A stretch of DNA of 64,000 bases from the human T2T-CHM13v2.0 reference genome, Homo sapiens, in NCBI RefSeq assembly GCF_009914755.1, contig NC_060939.1. One strand, written 5' to 3'. The position numbers and the translations under genes are program-made. This document shows, in pieces, positions 1 to 15,372 of the stretch. The number at the start of each line of letters is the position of its first letter. Position 1 is the first letter of the stretch. The notes below the pieces were generated by a model. The model was not told the DNA's origin. It made no database searches and saw only the letters and a list, made by a program, of their open reading frames with translations.

Positions 1-329
1 CCATGCTAAAATAGACTTTGCGTCCACGTAACTTTGCTGGAAACTTGAGGGAAACCAATTATCCTGCCCTTTCCCTGGGTGTCTGATCGGCATGTCCGTT
101 ATAGCCATAGAAATATCACTAACAGGCAATGCCAGCAGGATTAGATCTGCCAAGTGTTTAAAGTTTAGCAAGAAAGCTTTTTGCAAATGTCAACACTACC
201 ACTCTGTTTCCTGCAAACCAGCATTCTAATCAGCAGGGCTGCCTTTTCCAGCTCATTGAGCAATGACATAAAAAAATCCCAGCATAATCATTTCTCTAGG
301 AGAAAAATACCGAAAGTCAGAGAGGATGC

Positions 330-500
330 AATAACAATCATAGCTACCTACTATGTGCAGGTGTCATGCTTACTGCTTTAGTTATGCTTCCTCCAATCCT
401 CACAACAAAACTGACAAATGGGGAAACTGAGGCTTACAGAAGTCACACATCTCCAACTAAGGCCTGAACTTGAGTTTTTTCCATAGCACTCTACTACCTC
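330..500 (-). mobile_element. MIR SINE fragment
   Basis: MIR core-like motifs AATCCTCACAACAA and GGGGAAACTGAGGCTTA. Confidence 0.7.
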
Positions 501-1204
501 TGGGGGGGAAAAAAAAACTACTATTGTGCCCAGTTAGGATACAATGTATTAGAGTGGTAGGGACTTCAGGGGCTGGTTGTAGGAAAAGAGAATGACAATG
601 CTTCTCACGCCAGGGTTTTCTGGGGTTTTCATCTTCTTGTTTTCCTCTCCTTCTCCCCTCAGAGGCCAGGTGTAGTGACATAATGATTTTGGAAATTTTT
701 GAGCTGAAAAAGGAAAACATTTTCTTCTTTTCTTAAAAGGGGAACTGTTGGAGTGTTTGCATTTTGGGTTCCTGGCATAGCAGCTGGTAGGCTTGATGGG
801 ATTTCAAAATGAAGTTACTAATGGAAATTATACACTGAGGACATTCCAAAGAAACTGCTAAGAGAGAATGGCTTGTGCTAGGTGACTGGAAGTGTTGCAT
901 CAGGTTATCACAGCTGGGTATTGAGGCCAGGCCCAGCTGAAATGTTACAGCAGGGGTCACCTCTCAGACTTGGCTCTGTACAGGAAACACATCCAAGCAG
1001 GAGCTACATCCAAGGCAAAGGTATAAAGCCAGACGCAGAAGACACAGTACCTGGGTTAGCTGCCCATCTGTCCCTGGGTGTAGGCTAAAGACATTTAATC
1101 TTGGACACAGGCAAGCAGCTGCATACAAGATCCTGATTCCTGATTCCTGAGCAGGAGTGGGCAGCAAGTTGTTAATTCTGACCTCCAACCATCCCTGAGG
1201 CAGT

Positions 1205-1550
1205 GTAGCCCTCCATTCTCAACCCTGGCTGCCCACTAGCATCATCTGGTGAGCTTTGAAATACAGATGCAGGACTCATCCCAGATGGGTGAAATCAGAA
1301 GTGATGGGAAAGGGATCCAGTGTCACATATCTTCACAGCTCTCCATGTGATTCTAGCTTGCAGCCAAAGTTCAAAAGTTCTGACACAGCCTAGGTGATCA
1401 CAAGAATTACTGGAGCACTCCCTAGAATAGTTTTGCCCCAGCCTCTCTGCTGTAGATCTTAATTCAGTGGAGCTGGCAGGGGCCCAAGAATCTGTATTTT
1501 GAACAAGCTCCCTGGCAGTTGTTATGATCAGATAAGCCTGGGGACCCACA
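1205..1550. mobile_element. Two adjacent MER5-family (hAT-Charlie) MITE remnants
   Basis: TTCTCAACCCTGGCTGC..., GGGCCCAAGAATCTGTATTTTGAACAAGCTCCC resemble MER5A/B. Confidence 0.65.
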
Positions 1551-1629
1551 AGTGTAATAAAATGGTATATTCACATATCATCATTGCAGTCACAGCTTCT
1601 GAAATATAAATTATGTTTTTAATTTGTAT

Positions 1630-1775
1630 GTACATCATTGTATCTCAACCATCATTCGATTGTAAGCTCCAAGAGGGAAAGGACCTTGTCTCATTCACTG
1701 GGATGTTCTCAGTATGGAAAAGAATGCAAGCAAGTGGTGGGGATTCTGCAGATATTTGTTGAATAAATAAATGAA
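1630..1775 (+). mobile_element. L2 3' end
   Basis: GATTGTAAGCTCCAAGAGGG...ATATTTGTTGAATAAATAAATGAA, typical L2 terminus. Confidence 0.7.
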
Positions 1776-1832
1776 TTTCTGTTTTGTATTTGTCACTTCC
1801 GCTTTGTGAACCAAGTTAAGAGTGAGATTGAG

Positions 1833-2197
<365 letters not shown>

Positions 2198-2694
2198 CTA
2201 AAGTCCTGCTTTTAAAAACACAAAGATTTCTTCTATATGGAACTTGATTGCCTTCATTCAGTCATTGAGAGTCTTCAGGAGATCTGAAGACCCAGAGCAA
2301 ACCAGAAATGTTGACGGGGAAAAATGTGCAGAAATGTCTGAGAGTAAACCCCCTGTCCTTAAACAAATTTTTCTTCTGAAATTTTCTGCTTCATTGTAAG
2401 TTTTATGTCACCAGTTAAGTAGGGCCTAGGCAGAAAAAGATACAAAGTATTTTCAGAAAAGTTGATGAAACTGCATCCATTTATTCATGCACATTCAGAA
2501 AATGTTTATCGTGGAACTACCATTTTTCCAGTAAGTGCCAGTGGGAGCCCAGTGAAAAATAACACACAGTCCTGCCCTCAACGACTAGCTTTCCCAGCAA
2601 GTGGAAAGCTAGCTATGGAACTAGGCAGTTACAGTACAGTGTGATAACACCGGTCATCAAACCCAAGATGCCTTCTGTTGTAAGATGCATCATT

Positions 2695-3061
<367 letters not shown>

Positions 3062-3131
3062 TTATCAAGACCTGTTCTAATTTCAGAGATGTGAAAATGT
3101 AACGGGGTGGTAGGGAGGTGAGGAATGTGCA

Positions 3132-3763
<632 letters not shown>

Positions 3764-4239
3764 AGAACATGCATTTTAGAACTGATTAAATAAGTAAGGT
3801 AAATCAGACACGAAGGATATACAGAATAAGCCAAAGAGTAGGGTGTAGGGTGTAGGGAGACTTGGAAGAAGGAAAGTACTGTGAAGAGGGGACAGCTTGT
3901 GCTGAGAGGTCTGGAGGGAAGAGGGTGGCTGCTTATAGCTCAGTAAGACTGCAGTTAGAGCCTGTGGGCTGGAAGGTGACAGATGAGGCTGGAGATGGAA
4001 ACAAGGGCCAGATCATGGCCTGCCTCATAAGTAGATGGCCTTAGTCCCAGTTTACATCTGTAGTGCATCTTTTTGATCTTAAGTGCCCTGTTGGACAATA
4101 AATTATATGATCACCCTACTAATAAGCCATTTTTAGATATGTGCTTTTTATCTTAAGAGAAATGAGAACAATGGAAGGGTTTTAAACAGACAGTAACAAA
4201 ATCAGATTGTGAAAGTGTGTGTGTGTTGGAGGCAGGGTG

Positions 4240-5750
4240 TGTATTGCTTAATTTGAATGTTTTTGATGAGCTAATATGTTCATACAAGTCAAAACTTTAA
4301 AAAACACAAAAGTGAAAAATCTCCCTTCCACCCTGGCCCTCCTTCCACCCCTTCCACCCTACCTCACGGCCAACCCAATTTTCTTCCCTAAAAGCAACTG
4401 ATACTATCAATTTCTTGTGTGCCCTTTCAGAATTTTGTTTTCCTTTTCTTTGAGATGGAGTCTCACTCTGTTTCCTAAGCTGGAGTACAGTGGCGCGATT
4501 TCGGCTCACTGCAACCTCCACCTCCCAGATTCAAGTCATTTTCCTGCCTCAGCCTCCCCGTAGCTGGGACTACAGGTGTGTGTCAGCGCGCCAGCTAATT
4601 TTTGTATTTTTAATAGAGACGGGGTTTCACCATGTTGGCCAGGCTGGTCTTGAACTCCTGACTTCTAGCGATCCGCCTGCCTCGGCCTCCCAAAGTGCTG
4701 GGAATACAGGCGTGAGCCACCATGCCCGGCCCCTTTCAGACATATTTAATGCATATAAAATTAATTCTTCTTTGCCTTTCAAATGTACCTATTGTTTTCT
4801 AATTCTTTATTTTCATTTAGTTTGCCTCCTTTTCTTATTCCTCTCACTATCTCTCATTGAGTTTCCACAGTATGTGTTCCCCTTTTACTGCTTCAGATTT
4901 GAGGCTTCATTTTTTAAGAGTGAAGGTTGGATAGTTTTCTTTTTTTCTTTCACTTCTTCCCCAAGCTCTGGCAGCTCAGGATTCATTTCCTCCCACTGTT
5001 TCATTACCTCTTCCCTCATCTCTCATGTGCGTGTTTTCTTTGTGGGGGAAATTACTTTGCTATGTTTTCTTAATTTTCTCGTTAAAATTGTCATCTGCTC
5101 CATGACAATGTTTTTTGATGAATCTTCTTTACCTGCTGTTTGCTGTTTGCTTTTTCTTTTTTCCTCCTTTGTTTCTTGTCAAAACTTTGTATATATTACT
5201 CATTATTGAAGAAGGTAATGTTTTTTCTTCCCCGTGGACCTCAGGTGTGAGAGAGGCCAAGATTGTCTTCCAGGTTGGCTAAATTTTCCTTATGACCCAG
5301 GGTTGATGTAAATTCACTGAGCCTTGAATTCTTTCCAACCAATGGCAAAGATTCCCCGAGGCAAAGTCTCTCCTCCCCTGTTGCCACAGAAACAGACCAT
5401 TTCCTACAACTATGGCTTGTCTGAGTCCTGAGCCAGCAGAGCTCAGGCCACAGCACCTGCACCCGTTTTCTGCTGCTGCACACAAGGGCTCTGTGCATTC
5501 CGCATCCAGGTGTGCCCCTCCTCTTCTGGAGGATTCTTTTTCAGGCTGTCCCAGAGACTTTGCAGCACAGCATCCTTGCTCTATTTCTTCCTGCAACATC
5601 TCTGCTGAAGCTCTATTGCTTTTGGCAACTCTTCCGTCTATTTTGTGGTTTAGGTGTCTCCTACTTTTACTAAAAATGGAATTTGTGTTTTTATCGCTCA
5701 AGTCCTTTTTGCTTTTGGATTACTTCCAGAAAATGAAGGGAGGGTTACTA
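4240..5750 (-). mobile_element. Probable degraded old L1 (L1M) fragments
   Basis: T-rich strand bias and L1M 3'-end-like text (AAGCAACTGATACTATCAATTTCTTGTG); boundaries uncertain. Confidence 0.4.
4433..4731 (-). mobile_element. AluS
   Basis: Full dimer on the minus strand; TSD CCCTTTCAGA flanks; sits in an old L1-like segment. Confidence 0.93.
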
Positions 5751-7839
5751 ACTTTATGCCATCTTCAAACCAGAAGATCTTAGATTAGTAAGATCATGTT
5801 GGCCATGGCATGGAGAATGGGCTGGAGGTGGAGAGACTGGAGGTTGGAAGTCCAGTTAGGAGATTGCTCCTGCGCTGGGGAGTTGGTGTTAGGACAGAAG
5901 ATCCAAGACGCGTTTCAGAGGTAACTGCTGAATCTTACTGGCTGGTTAGATGTGTGTTTGGGAGTGGGGGTGGATCAGGAAGAAACGGGATATTTCAGGG
6001 CTGGCTGCTGGAGGCTGCTTGCGATGTAACGTGGAGCTGGGCTTCCTGCCTGTTCTGCAGCTTCCTGCCACATTCCAGGCTGCATCTGTGTGGCTGGGCC
6101 CTCTGGGAAGGTCATAGGGAGTCCTAATGGGACAATGAGCTTCCCAGCCGTTCCCTTGAAGGTCCCTTGCAGATATCTGGATGAAACTCTTGGCTGGTGG
6201 AAACTTTCAAGAAGGCCTGAGGCAGTCAGAAGCCAAGTTGTGGTTTCAAAATTACCGGCCTATTCTCCAAGTCTCCCTGATGATGAGATCTCAAGATAAA
6301 AACAAGAAAACTGGGCGCAAAATGCTCTGTGGAACTGTTGATATCCCAGGGTTTCCTGCCAAGTCCTGGCTAAGGAACACAGGGAGGGAAAGGGGACCTA
6401 ACAGAGGTCATAGAACCCACTCTCTGCCTCCATAGAGGCTTTCCAGGTCATCCAAACTACGAAAATTGAACAGAGAGCTTTCTCTCTCAGATTCTCCAGA
6501 GGGGGGAGACTCAGATTCTTTTCTTTAATCAGTCTGTAATAAGTCCTGAGTACTGGCTTTTTCCCCCCCTTAATGTACAACCAGGGTTGAGAACTGAGGG
6601 CTACACAATCTCAGAGATGATCAGAATTCAAAGTTAGGAATGTGCTGGCTCCACGTCTGTCCACTCTTGTGCAGTAACACAGCTGCCTGCCTGTGTCCAG
6701 GATGAAATGTCTTCAGTTCTGTTCCCTGGGATAGACTGACAGCTGTGGAAACAATGACCCAGATACTGTGTCTCCTCCTAGGATATGTTTCTTGACTCCG
6801 CTTATGTGGTTACTGCCAAACCTGGCCTCAGTGCCTTCTACACACAGTTTTGAAAACCAGGGCAATATTTCCAATCATCTAACAGAAGCTGCTCCTTATC
6901 AGTGATGTCTTTGGAAAGTTACCAGCAATTACTAAGCTAGCTATTGGGAAATCTTAAGGATTTATTTTAGCAAGAATAATATGAGGTCTTCTGGTCTGTA
7001 AGGACCTCTGTTCCTAAAATCACAGAACCACGGCTGTGCTCTACAATGTAATAGTATGAATTCATTTGCAAGCGTGCTCAGATAAGATAGAGTCTTTAGG
7101 GAGTTTTAAAAAAACTTGGGGGGCAGTGCTTATGATATTGTGAAAAACAAACACAAAAACTGTAATTTCGTGTACGTTAAAAATATGTGTGATCAAGTGA
7201 AAAGAGACTTCTTACCCTGCCTTCCCCAGGATTCCACACCCACCACTATTTCCTTTCTGAGTGATTACAGGAGTCGGTAACTTGAGTACAATATGCTGTT
7301 TTGTCAAGTTAATAAAGGATATCTTGTCATCTGACCTTGGACAGAGAGGATGTAAATGTTCTCTTGGGCTAATAAGGTCAGAGTGTTTGCTCACAGGAAA
7401 TAGAGTTATGAGTAGAGTAATAGGAGGAATATCAATTTCTTATGTGGGCCAAATATTATTTCTGTAGTTGTATTTTCTTTCCTGGAAAAGATTAGTTTTT
7501 AGAGAATGAGATATGTTTTATTTTAGACGAGTGCTTCATTGAGTGAAGCAGCTACAGTTTAAGCAGAAGTCCTCCTTTCCCCACCTCCTGCCTTGCACCT
7601 CAGGGAGCCCCTTCTCCCCACACCTTTCTTCTCAGAGATCTCACCTCTTCTCTCCTGAAGCAGTAGCTACTGAGGAGAAAGAGGTGAAAAGCTAGAGAGG
7701 CAACAGGAAGAGGGGAGATGGGGAAGAGATCCATGCAGGAGACCTTGTGTGGGTCCGTGGGACTTCATGAGATACCTGCCTCCACCCTCCCATTTCCCCC
7801 AATAGGACTCCAATTCTGTGAGGCCTGAAGACAGTCTCC

Positions 7840-8280
<441 letters not shown>

Positions 8281-9159
8281 TGAGCCAAAGCAGCTCCGTC
8301 ATTGGCAGCCACTGGGTATGGGAAGCAGCCATCCATTAAGGGACAAGCTACCTGGAGGTAGGGAGGCTGATCTCCTAACGCACCCTCCCTAGAAAACTGC
8401 AGAAAGAAGCCTACTGCAGGAGTTGCAAATATATATGCATAGAATAAAGACTAGGAGAAAAATAGTCTAAAATATTAAGCATGCTTCCCTCTGGGTAGCT
8501 GAATTGTGGATATCATATTTTCTTGCTTCTTTAAATTGTCAAACTTTCAGTAATAGGAAGTATGAGCTATTTTTATAATCAGGAGGGGAAAAGGTTCCCT
8601 GGCCAACTCAGGGAGGACATAAGGCTGGAGGTTTCGGAGTAAGAGGCCAGAGGCAGATTCACAGGGGTGAGGACACAGTGGCAGTGAACATCTCAGACTG
8701 GACGGGACCTTGAGAGGTCATCTAGCCCATCCTCCTGCCTTCCGGATGTATCTGAATAAGACCAATATCTGAACCCTCTCCCCCCACCATGTCAGAACTG
8801 CTCCTTGCCTTCCTTGCCCTTCCACTCCCAGCAGAATGCCAAAAGAGGTTTGACTTCGTGCTAATTATTCTTACTTCTTTCCTGCTTTCAGTGTTCTGCT
8901 AAATAGAAAATAGGGCACTAATGGCTGGATGGAAAATAGGGCATGATCTTCCCACAAAGTCTTTGCTCAACCACCTGCCTATAGCCAGTGTCCTCTTGGA
9001 AAGCCCAGTCATCCAAGGAAAGAGAAGTCAAGCTGAGTCCCAGGGAGGGGGAGACCTTGGGGAAGAGGACCTCAGGGAAGAGGAAGAACAGGAGAGCATT
9101 TCTACAGGAATGTGCAAGGAGAGCTGGGGCCTGCAGAGAAGCACTGACTCCTTGTCTTC

Positions 9160-9305
9160 TTTTTTCCTTCCTTCCTTCCTTCCTTCCTTCTTTCCCCTTC
9201 CTTCCTTCTTTCCCGTTCCTTCCTTCCCTCCCTCCTTCCTTCCTTCCTTTCTCCTTCCTTCCTTCCTTCCTTCCTTCCTTCCTTCCTTCCTTCCTCTTTC
9301 CCTCT
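9160..9305. repeat. (TTCC)n polypyrimidine tract
   Basis: Directly visible CCTT repeats. Confidence 0.95.
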
Positions 9306-9679
9306 CTAATCACATATGAAGTGCTGTGCCAGGCAGATTGTGTAAGATAAAACAACAACAAAGCTTGAGATGTGGTCTCTGGCTTCCAGGAGCCTATAGC
9401 CTGGTGAGGAGGTACCACCCAGCTGCGAGAGTTAATTTTCTGGCACAGGTACTTGATTTTCATAAATTGCCCTCATGCCAGATATATGTGTTGGGGGCAG
9501 GGAGAGGATAAGAAACAAACCTTGTGATGTGATAACCTTGAAGAGCAGGGATGTCACTTTTTAGGAGGCTTAAATCACACCAAGTGTAGAAGGTTCCAGA
9601 CTTTCAGAGGTGAGGGGACAGCTACAATTTGCAGCAATACTACCAACCCTTCCCCCAACATACCCTTCTCCCCTTCTTC

Positions 9680-10129
9680 CCTGAAAAATGATCCCCAAAT
9701 ATGTCCATGTCCTAATCCCTGGAATTTATGAATACGATAACTTACATGCCAAAAGTGTCTTTGCTATTGTGATTAAATTAAAGGTGTTGAGATGGGGAGG
9801 TTGCCCTGGATTATCTGGGTGGGCCCAGTGTAATCACAAGGGTCCTTATAAGAGGGAGCTAGGAGGCTCAGAGAAGACATGAGGGTGTAAACAGAGGTCA
9901 CACAGGGAAGAAAAGGCCACTTTGCTGCTGCTTTTGAAGACGGAGGAGGTGACCACAAACCAAGGTGGTCTGTATAAGCTGGAAAAGGCTCCCCAGAGCC
10001 ACCAGGGGAATGCAGCCCTGCCCACCCACTTTAGAGCTCTGACCTCCTGAACTGTAAGACAATAAATGAGTTGTTTAAAGCCACTAAGTTTGTGGTAATT
10101 TGTCACAGTAGCAGTAGGTAGCTCATACA
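9680..10129 (+). mobile_element. MLT1C/D-like MaLR solo LTR
   Basis: ATGTCCATGTCCTAATCCCTGG..GGATTATCTGGGTGGGCCC..AAGCCACTAAGTTTGTGGTAATTTGTCACAG..ATACA. Confidence 0.85.
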
Positions 10130-11019
10130 GTCTTCTCTTCTCCTCTCTGTGATCCTTGTGTGGCTAAAAAGGAGAAATGCTAATATTTATTAGAAGTTAC
10201 AGCAGTGAAAAACAGAGAAAACGTATTTCTAACATATAAACTTGACCACAAACTTATTAATTTACAAAAAGTTTGATAAGAAAACAACCAAATGCCAAAT
10301 TTTTAAATGAGCAAAGAATATGAACACATAGAGTTCAGGAAAAGAACAGTGGATTGCTTTGTGCTAAAATGGGAAGCTTCTCTCAGACATGTTAGAGTGA
10401 AAGGAGTGAGCTGCAGAATACCCAGGGGGTACTCTCTCCATTCATGTCAAAAACAAAATAGAGTCATATCTATAGGATTTTACACGCTCGTTTTTGCTGG
10501 AAAGAATCACAAGAAAATATTAGCAAAGATTGCCTTTGGGAGAGGAATAGAGGGGAATGGTATTTAATTTTTAAAACTTTCCTGATGTTTGAATTTTTTA
10601 ACCTTATACTTGGGTTTGTTAATGTCAACAAAAGCTATCTGACCAGGGAGATTTTGACTCATTTTTTTTTGTGTTTTTCTTGGTGCCTCTTTGTCTTTAA
10701 AAAAAAAAAAAAAATCCAATTAGCATTATATAAGGTGGGTCACACAGGGAGAAATCTTCCAGAGTCTACCATGGCATATACTATATGCACTAAAATTCTT
10801 GCAAACAGGAAGACTGGGCTGTCCTGTGAGGTTACTATTCAAGCTTTAACGGGGGGCCAGTGTCAAAAGAAGTATGACAAATCCCCAGCCCTCTATAGTC
10901 CTGGTTTCTCTCAGGATGGTTACCAAGGCCCTCGGAGCTAAAGATGATTGTGTCACCAGCCTGGTACCTCTAGGGCTTTGGGGAGAACAGATCTGCATCA
11001 GGAGGGGAAAAGGGGTTTG

Positions 11020-11170
11020 TCACTCACTAACCATTCAACGTTGGGTAAGTAGGGACTTTTCTAGGCTTTTGTCTGCATCTGGCAAAATGGGAGTGGTGAG
11101 GGTGTTTGTTCTCAGGGTTACTATGAGGCTTAAATAAGATCATGCTGTGGGATGCCCAGCATGGCCACGG
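11020..11170 (+). mobile_element. MIR
   Basis: CATCTGGCAAAATGGG..GGGTTACTATGAGGCTTAAATAAGAT. Confidence 0.65.
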
Positions 11171-11919
11171 GCCCAAGCCAGAACATGACAAAACCAAGTC
11201 TTCTCCTCCTTTCTTATGTTTATTTCTAAGCCTGTCGAGGACTGAAGGAGGCCCTTGTTCAGCAGAAGAGAGGTAAGAGCAAGTCTTTGTCTATAAAAAC
11301 CCAGAAGCCTGATACAGAAGAGCAAAAACACACAGCCACAGGTCTATTCCCACATATGTGTGTTTGCCACCGGTTTGCCCTCTCTACCGAGTCACAGAAG
11401 AATATTAAAGTTTGTGAGCCCTTTAAAGCCAAACAGGCACATTTTTCCTTCTCCCCGACGGACATTTTAATGTCACTGCAGTAGCTGAAGTCTTAGGTGT
11501 CGTTAACCCACGTGCCTACCTCCCATGACCAGGGTGGGGGAAGAACAAGCACGCTTTGTTCCCAAAGCACCGGTTGCGACGTGCTGGTTTTCTGAGAGCA
11601 GTTGGACTTTTAGTTGCTCCAGGTGGTAACTGGGGTCAAATGCACTGAGCTTAAGGGAAAAGCTGAACATTTGGAATCCCAAAATGTGGAGATTCAAAGG
11701 CTCTTTAAGAATCCTTTCCTCTGATGGACAGTGCCTGTCAGGAGCTGTCCTGCACCCCTGGCCGGAGCTGGGCAGCCCTCTGCCCGATGAGCTTTGAATG
11801 AGGAAGGACCAGTCTCTGCCAGGCCAGCGCCAGTTGTCTGAGGAAGCTCCTGCTTCCCTAGGCCTTTGGAGATACTGACTTTTTCCCAAGAAGAATCTTC
11901 TTGCCCTTTCCCCTCTCAT

Positions 11920-12570
11920 TCACAGGTTGATTTGTTCATCTGCACATTTCTGTGGGAGTCTTTAAGCACCAGGCGCTGTCCTGAGCTCTTGTCAGTGTGG
12001 CAGTGATGAGGATATCGACCCTGCCCTCAGGGCCAGGCCACTCTGGTGGCCAGGGGAGCAGTTAAGAGGCTCCGCAGCACAGGGGAGGGGGCTTTGGCTA
12101 AAATAGAAAGCATCAGTCAAGCAGAACTTCACGGAGCACCTAACAGAGGCTGGGGGAAGGAAGAGAAAGAAGTAGATGGATTCCAGGGATTTATGGCCTG
12201 GGGCTTGATTAAATTTGAGGGAGTGAGAGAGGAAGGGATCAAGGGTGATCAGATTTCCAGCTCAGGGGCAACAGTGACAATATAGAAGGGGAAGGAATTT
12301 TGGAGCAGGGTCATTGGGAGGAGTGAGAATGAATCAGGCTTTAGACATGTTGGGTGTCAGGCCCCTGTGGGAGGTCAGAATGGAAAGTCCTGCAGGCAGT
12401 GGATATATGGTTTCATGGTACAAGAGAAATATCGGAACTGGAGACATGAGTTCAGGAGTCAGCAATGCATGAGTGGTCAAGGAGGGCAGAAGAGGGTGAG
12501 ATGATGGCTCAGGAGGGAGACCAGGACAGCACTGTGAAGGCCCTATCCTCAAAGGACGGGGACAGAGGAG
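11920..12570 (-). mobile_element. L2 fragments
   Basis: TTTAGACATGTTGGG..GGCAGTGGATATATGG..GGAGTCAGCAATGCAT, antisense L2 body. Confidence 0.6.
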
Positions 12571-12699
12571 CCTCCAAATCTAGAGGACGAATCCTAGAGA
12601 GTAAGGAGAATGCACACACAGTGTGGCATCGGATTCACCCTTATCCAGATCCCATGTTCTCAGGGCAATTTCCTCTGGGAAAGCAGCCTTCCTCCCTTG

Positions 12700-13170
12700 C
12701 CTTCCGTGTGGATGAGGATGGTGGATCCTTAGCCAGTTGTGGATCCCAGCCCCACGCCCCCTTCATTGGTTTTGGGATGGCTGTATGACCCCTCAGAGCC
12801 AATGTGCAGCGAGGAGGCATGGATGTGAGTGAGGGGAGGAAAGGCAGGCTATTGTGGGAAGGAGAGACTCCCCCTCAGGTGGGAGAGAGTAAGGTAGAGA
12901 TGTGAAGTCAGGCACCAACACAGCCATTTACAATTGTGAGGGAAAGCTTGGAGTTACTGGGGGTCCGCTAAGTGAAGCCTGCAGGTGAGGCCGGTATTGT
13001 AGACGGCAGGACGGAGAGAAATCAGGTCGTAGATAACATTGTTTGAGCCACAAGATCAAGCTTCACCTGAGCCAAACCTCCCTCTGGGCTTTTCAGTTAT
13101 GCAAGTCAATAACTTCCCTTTCCCGTTTAAACGGTCTCAGCTGAGGTTTTGTTTGTTTTGCTACTCGCAA
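12700..13170 (+). mobile_element. Old MLT1 (K/L-like) MaLR LTR
   Basis: 3' terminus CTTTTCAGTTATGCAAGTCAATAAC..TACTCGCAATACAGAGTCCTAA. Confidence 0.65.
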
Positions 13171-13611
13171 TACAGAGTCCTAATAAATGCACAACCTGAA
13201 GAAGAGACCTCCTGGGGTCAGTGGGCAGAATGGGGTGGGAGGGGAGGTGTCAGGATTTAAGAAACTTTGACACATCTGTGTCCCTGAATCACTGTCACCT
13301 GCAGAGCCACAACAGGTTTTCGATTTTGCAATCTCTTTACAGTGTTTTTCTTCTCCTGCGGTATCACTTCTCTGGCAATACAATTAACATGATTCCAAAG
13401 TTGCTTACTCACTAAAAATGAGATGTAGTTGGAAAATAGGTTATCCTCCCCTTCTCCTTATGTTGCCTGCCCAGATGCTGAAGGGCTGTCTTTATACACC
13501 AGGGTCAATGGTATGTAATGGTGTGTCTCTCCCTATTCAGATCCATCTTCCATACCATGGCCAAGTGGGCTCTCTAAAATGCACATCTCTGCTTAAAAAA
13601 CACTCATACTT

Positions 13612-13800
13612 ACAAAACTGAGCCAGGCATAGTGGTGCACACCTGTAGTCCCAGCTACTTGGGAGGCTGAGGTGGGAGGATCACCTGAGCTCAGGAAATG
13701 GAGGCTGCAGTAAGCTGTGATTGAGCCACTGTACTCCAGCCCAGGCAACAGAGTGAGACCCTGTCTCCAAAAACTAAAAAAAAATAAAAATTAAAAAAAA
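13612..13800 (+). mobile_element. 5'-truncated AluJ / FRAM-like right monomer
   Basis: Right arm plus A tail; near-perfect TSD AAAAA(A/C)CACT(C/T)ATACTT. Confidence 0.88.
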
Positions 13801-14564
13801 ACCACTTATACTTCCCATGGCCTGCAGGAAGAGATCACAGACCCCTTAGGATGGCATATATAATCACACACATGTTCTAGATCCTGGGTGGCCTTCCTGC
13901 ATCAGCAACCCTCCTATGATCCTCAGACAGCGCCGCTGTGTGAACTCCAGCTGTGCGATTGTGCCATGCCCCCCCAGGTCTCTGGGCCTGCGTTCCTATC
14001 TCCCCTCTGCTTGGAAAGGTAATTCACAACAATAGCTCACACTGACGGGGCACATCCTGTGTTTCAGGTGCTCCACTGGAGGCTGCAGGTGGATTATCTT
14101 GTTTAATCCTCACAACTTCCTAATGAGGTAGCGCTGGTATTAACCCCTCCACCCTGCCACAGTGTCACTCGGCTAAACAACTCAGATTTGGGGGAATATG
14201 CTAGAGAAGCACATAGGAGTTCTGGGTTGAGGTCTCCCACCGGAGTTAGGGAATGAAGGATCAAATGAAAAAGGTCAGAGGAAATATGATAGTCTAGAGG
14301 CCAGGAAGGGGTTTGAAGATGAAGGGAGGAAAACTAGGTGATGAACTGGGGCTGCGTTGCAAGACTGGGCAGCTCCATCTTGGTTGACATTGGGGCTCCT
14401 CCCCACTCAAGCAAGGGTCTGAGGGCTTAAGGAACCCACATAGCTCAGGCTAGGTCCTCTGGACTGCGAGCTGCCCTGGACACCATAGATAATGGCTGTT
14501 GTCCAGGATTTCCTAGTCCCTGAAGACTGGAGGCTCTGCCATGTCCCTGCCAGGCTTACCTGAG

Positions 14565-14565
14565 A

Positions 14566-14609
<44 letters not shown>
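14565..14609. repeat. (TG)n microsatellite
   Basis: About 22 TG units with one interruption. Confidence 0.97.
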
Positions 14610-14611
<2 letters not shown>

Positions 14612-15234
14612 ATAGGGGGGATTATTTGCACCTTTGTTGAGGTTGGGAACCTTGTGTGCCAAGTAGGCGTGACCACCCTAGGGTCCTCACTGCCCACTTC
14701 CCTCTAAGGTGTCCCCACCGCCGCCCATCCCTATTGCCTGTCTGCCCCTTTTTCTGGTGAGGAGAAGCTCCCCAAATCCCTTCTTCAGCTACTTCCCTCT
14801 CACCTGCTCCAAGCCCTCCCTCTCTCAGACAATTCAGCATAATTCCCCTGAAAACGTGTTTTTACAAAACAAAAGCCAGGAAGGGGAGGAGGTGTGTTCT
14901 GGGGTGCTTGGCAACAGCAGCCTGTGCAGCCAGCGGCTTGGCTGGATGATGTGGCTCACCCAGCAACACAAAATCCTCTGAGAACAGAACTCACAGAGGC
15001 TGGGCTCTCTCCCACACTGGGGAGGGGAGTGTCTGCAGCTGGAAGAGCAAACTGCATGCAATTGCCTCCAGGTTTCCCCATCCCATGTGTAATGACATCT
15101 TCATTTGATTAATGACTGTCTTCTGCATTCACCACTGAGTGTAAACTGTATAAAGACAGGGTTTTGTGTCTGTTCTGGTCACTGTGGCCTTAGTACAGAG
15201 TCCAGCACACAGTAGGTGCTCAGGAAATGTTTGT

Positions 15235-15372
15235 GGAGGAGGGAGCGAGGGAGGGAAGAAAGGAAGGAAGGAAGAAGGGAAGGGAAGGGAAAGGAAGGGA
15301 AGGGAGAGAAGGGGAGGGGAAGTGAGGGGAAGGGAAGGAGAGAGGGAGGGAGGGAGGGGAGGAAGGGAAGTG
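15235..15372. repeat. GA-rich polypurine tract (GGAA/GGGAA/GGGA)
   Basis: Directly visible; follows an L2 3' end at ~15100-15235. Confidence 0.92.

Noticed and set aside
4490-5209. Longest ORF (239 aa)
   Set aside because: GTG start inside an antisense Alu; the remainder is a T-rich low-complexity stretch giving F/S/L-biased peptide; no coding hallmarks.
8918-9463. Overlapping ORFs of 120-181 aa
   Set aside because: Open only because the (TTCC)n tract lacks stop codons.
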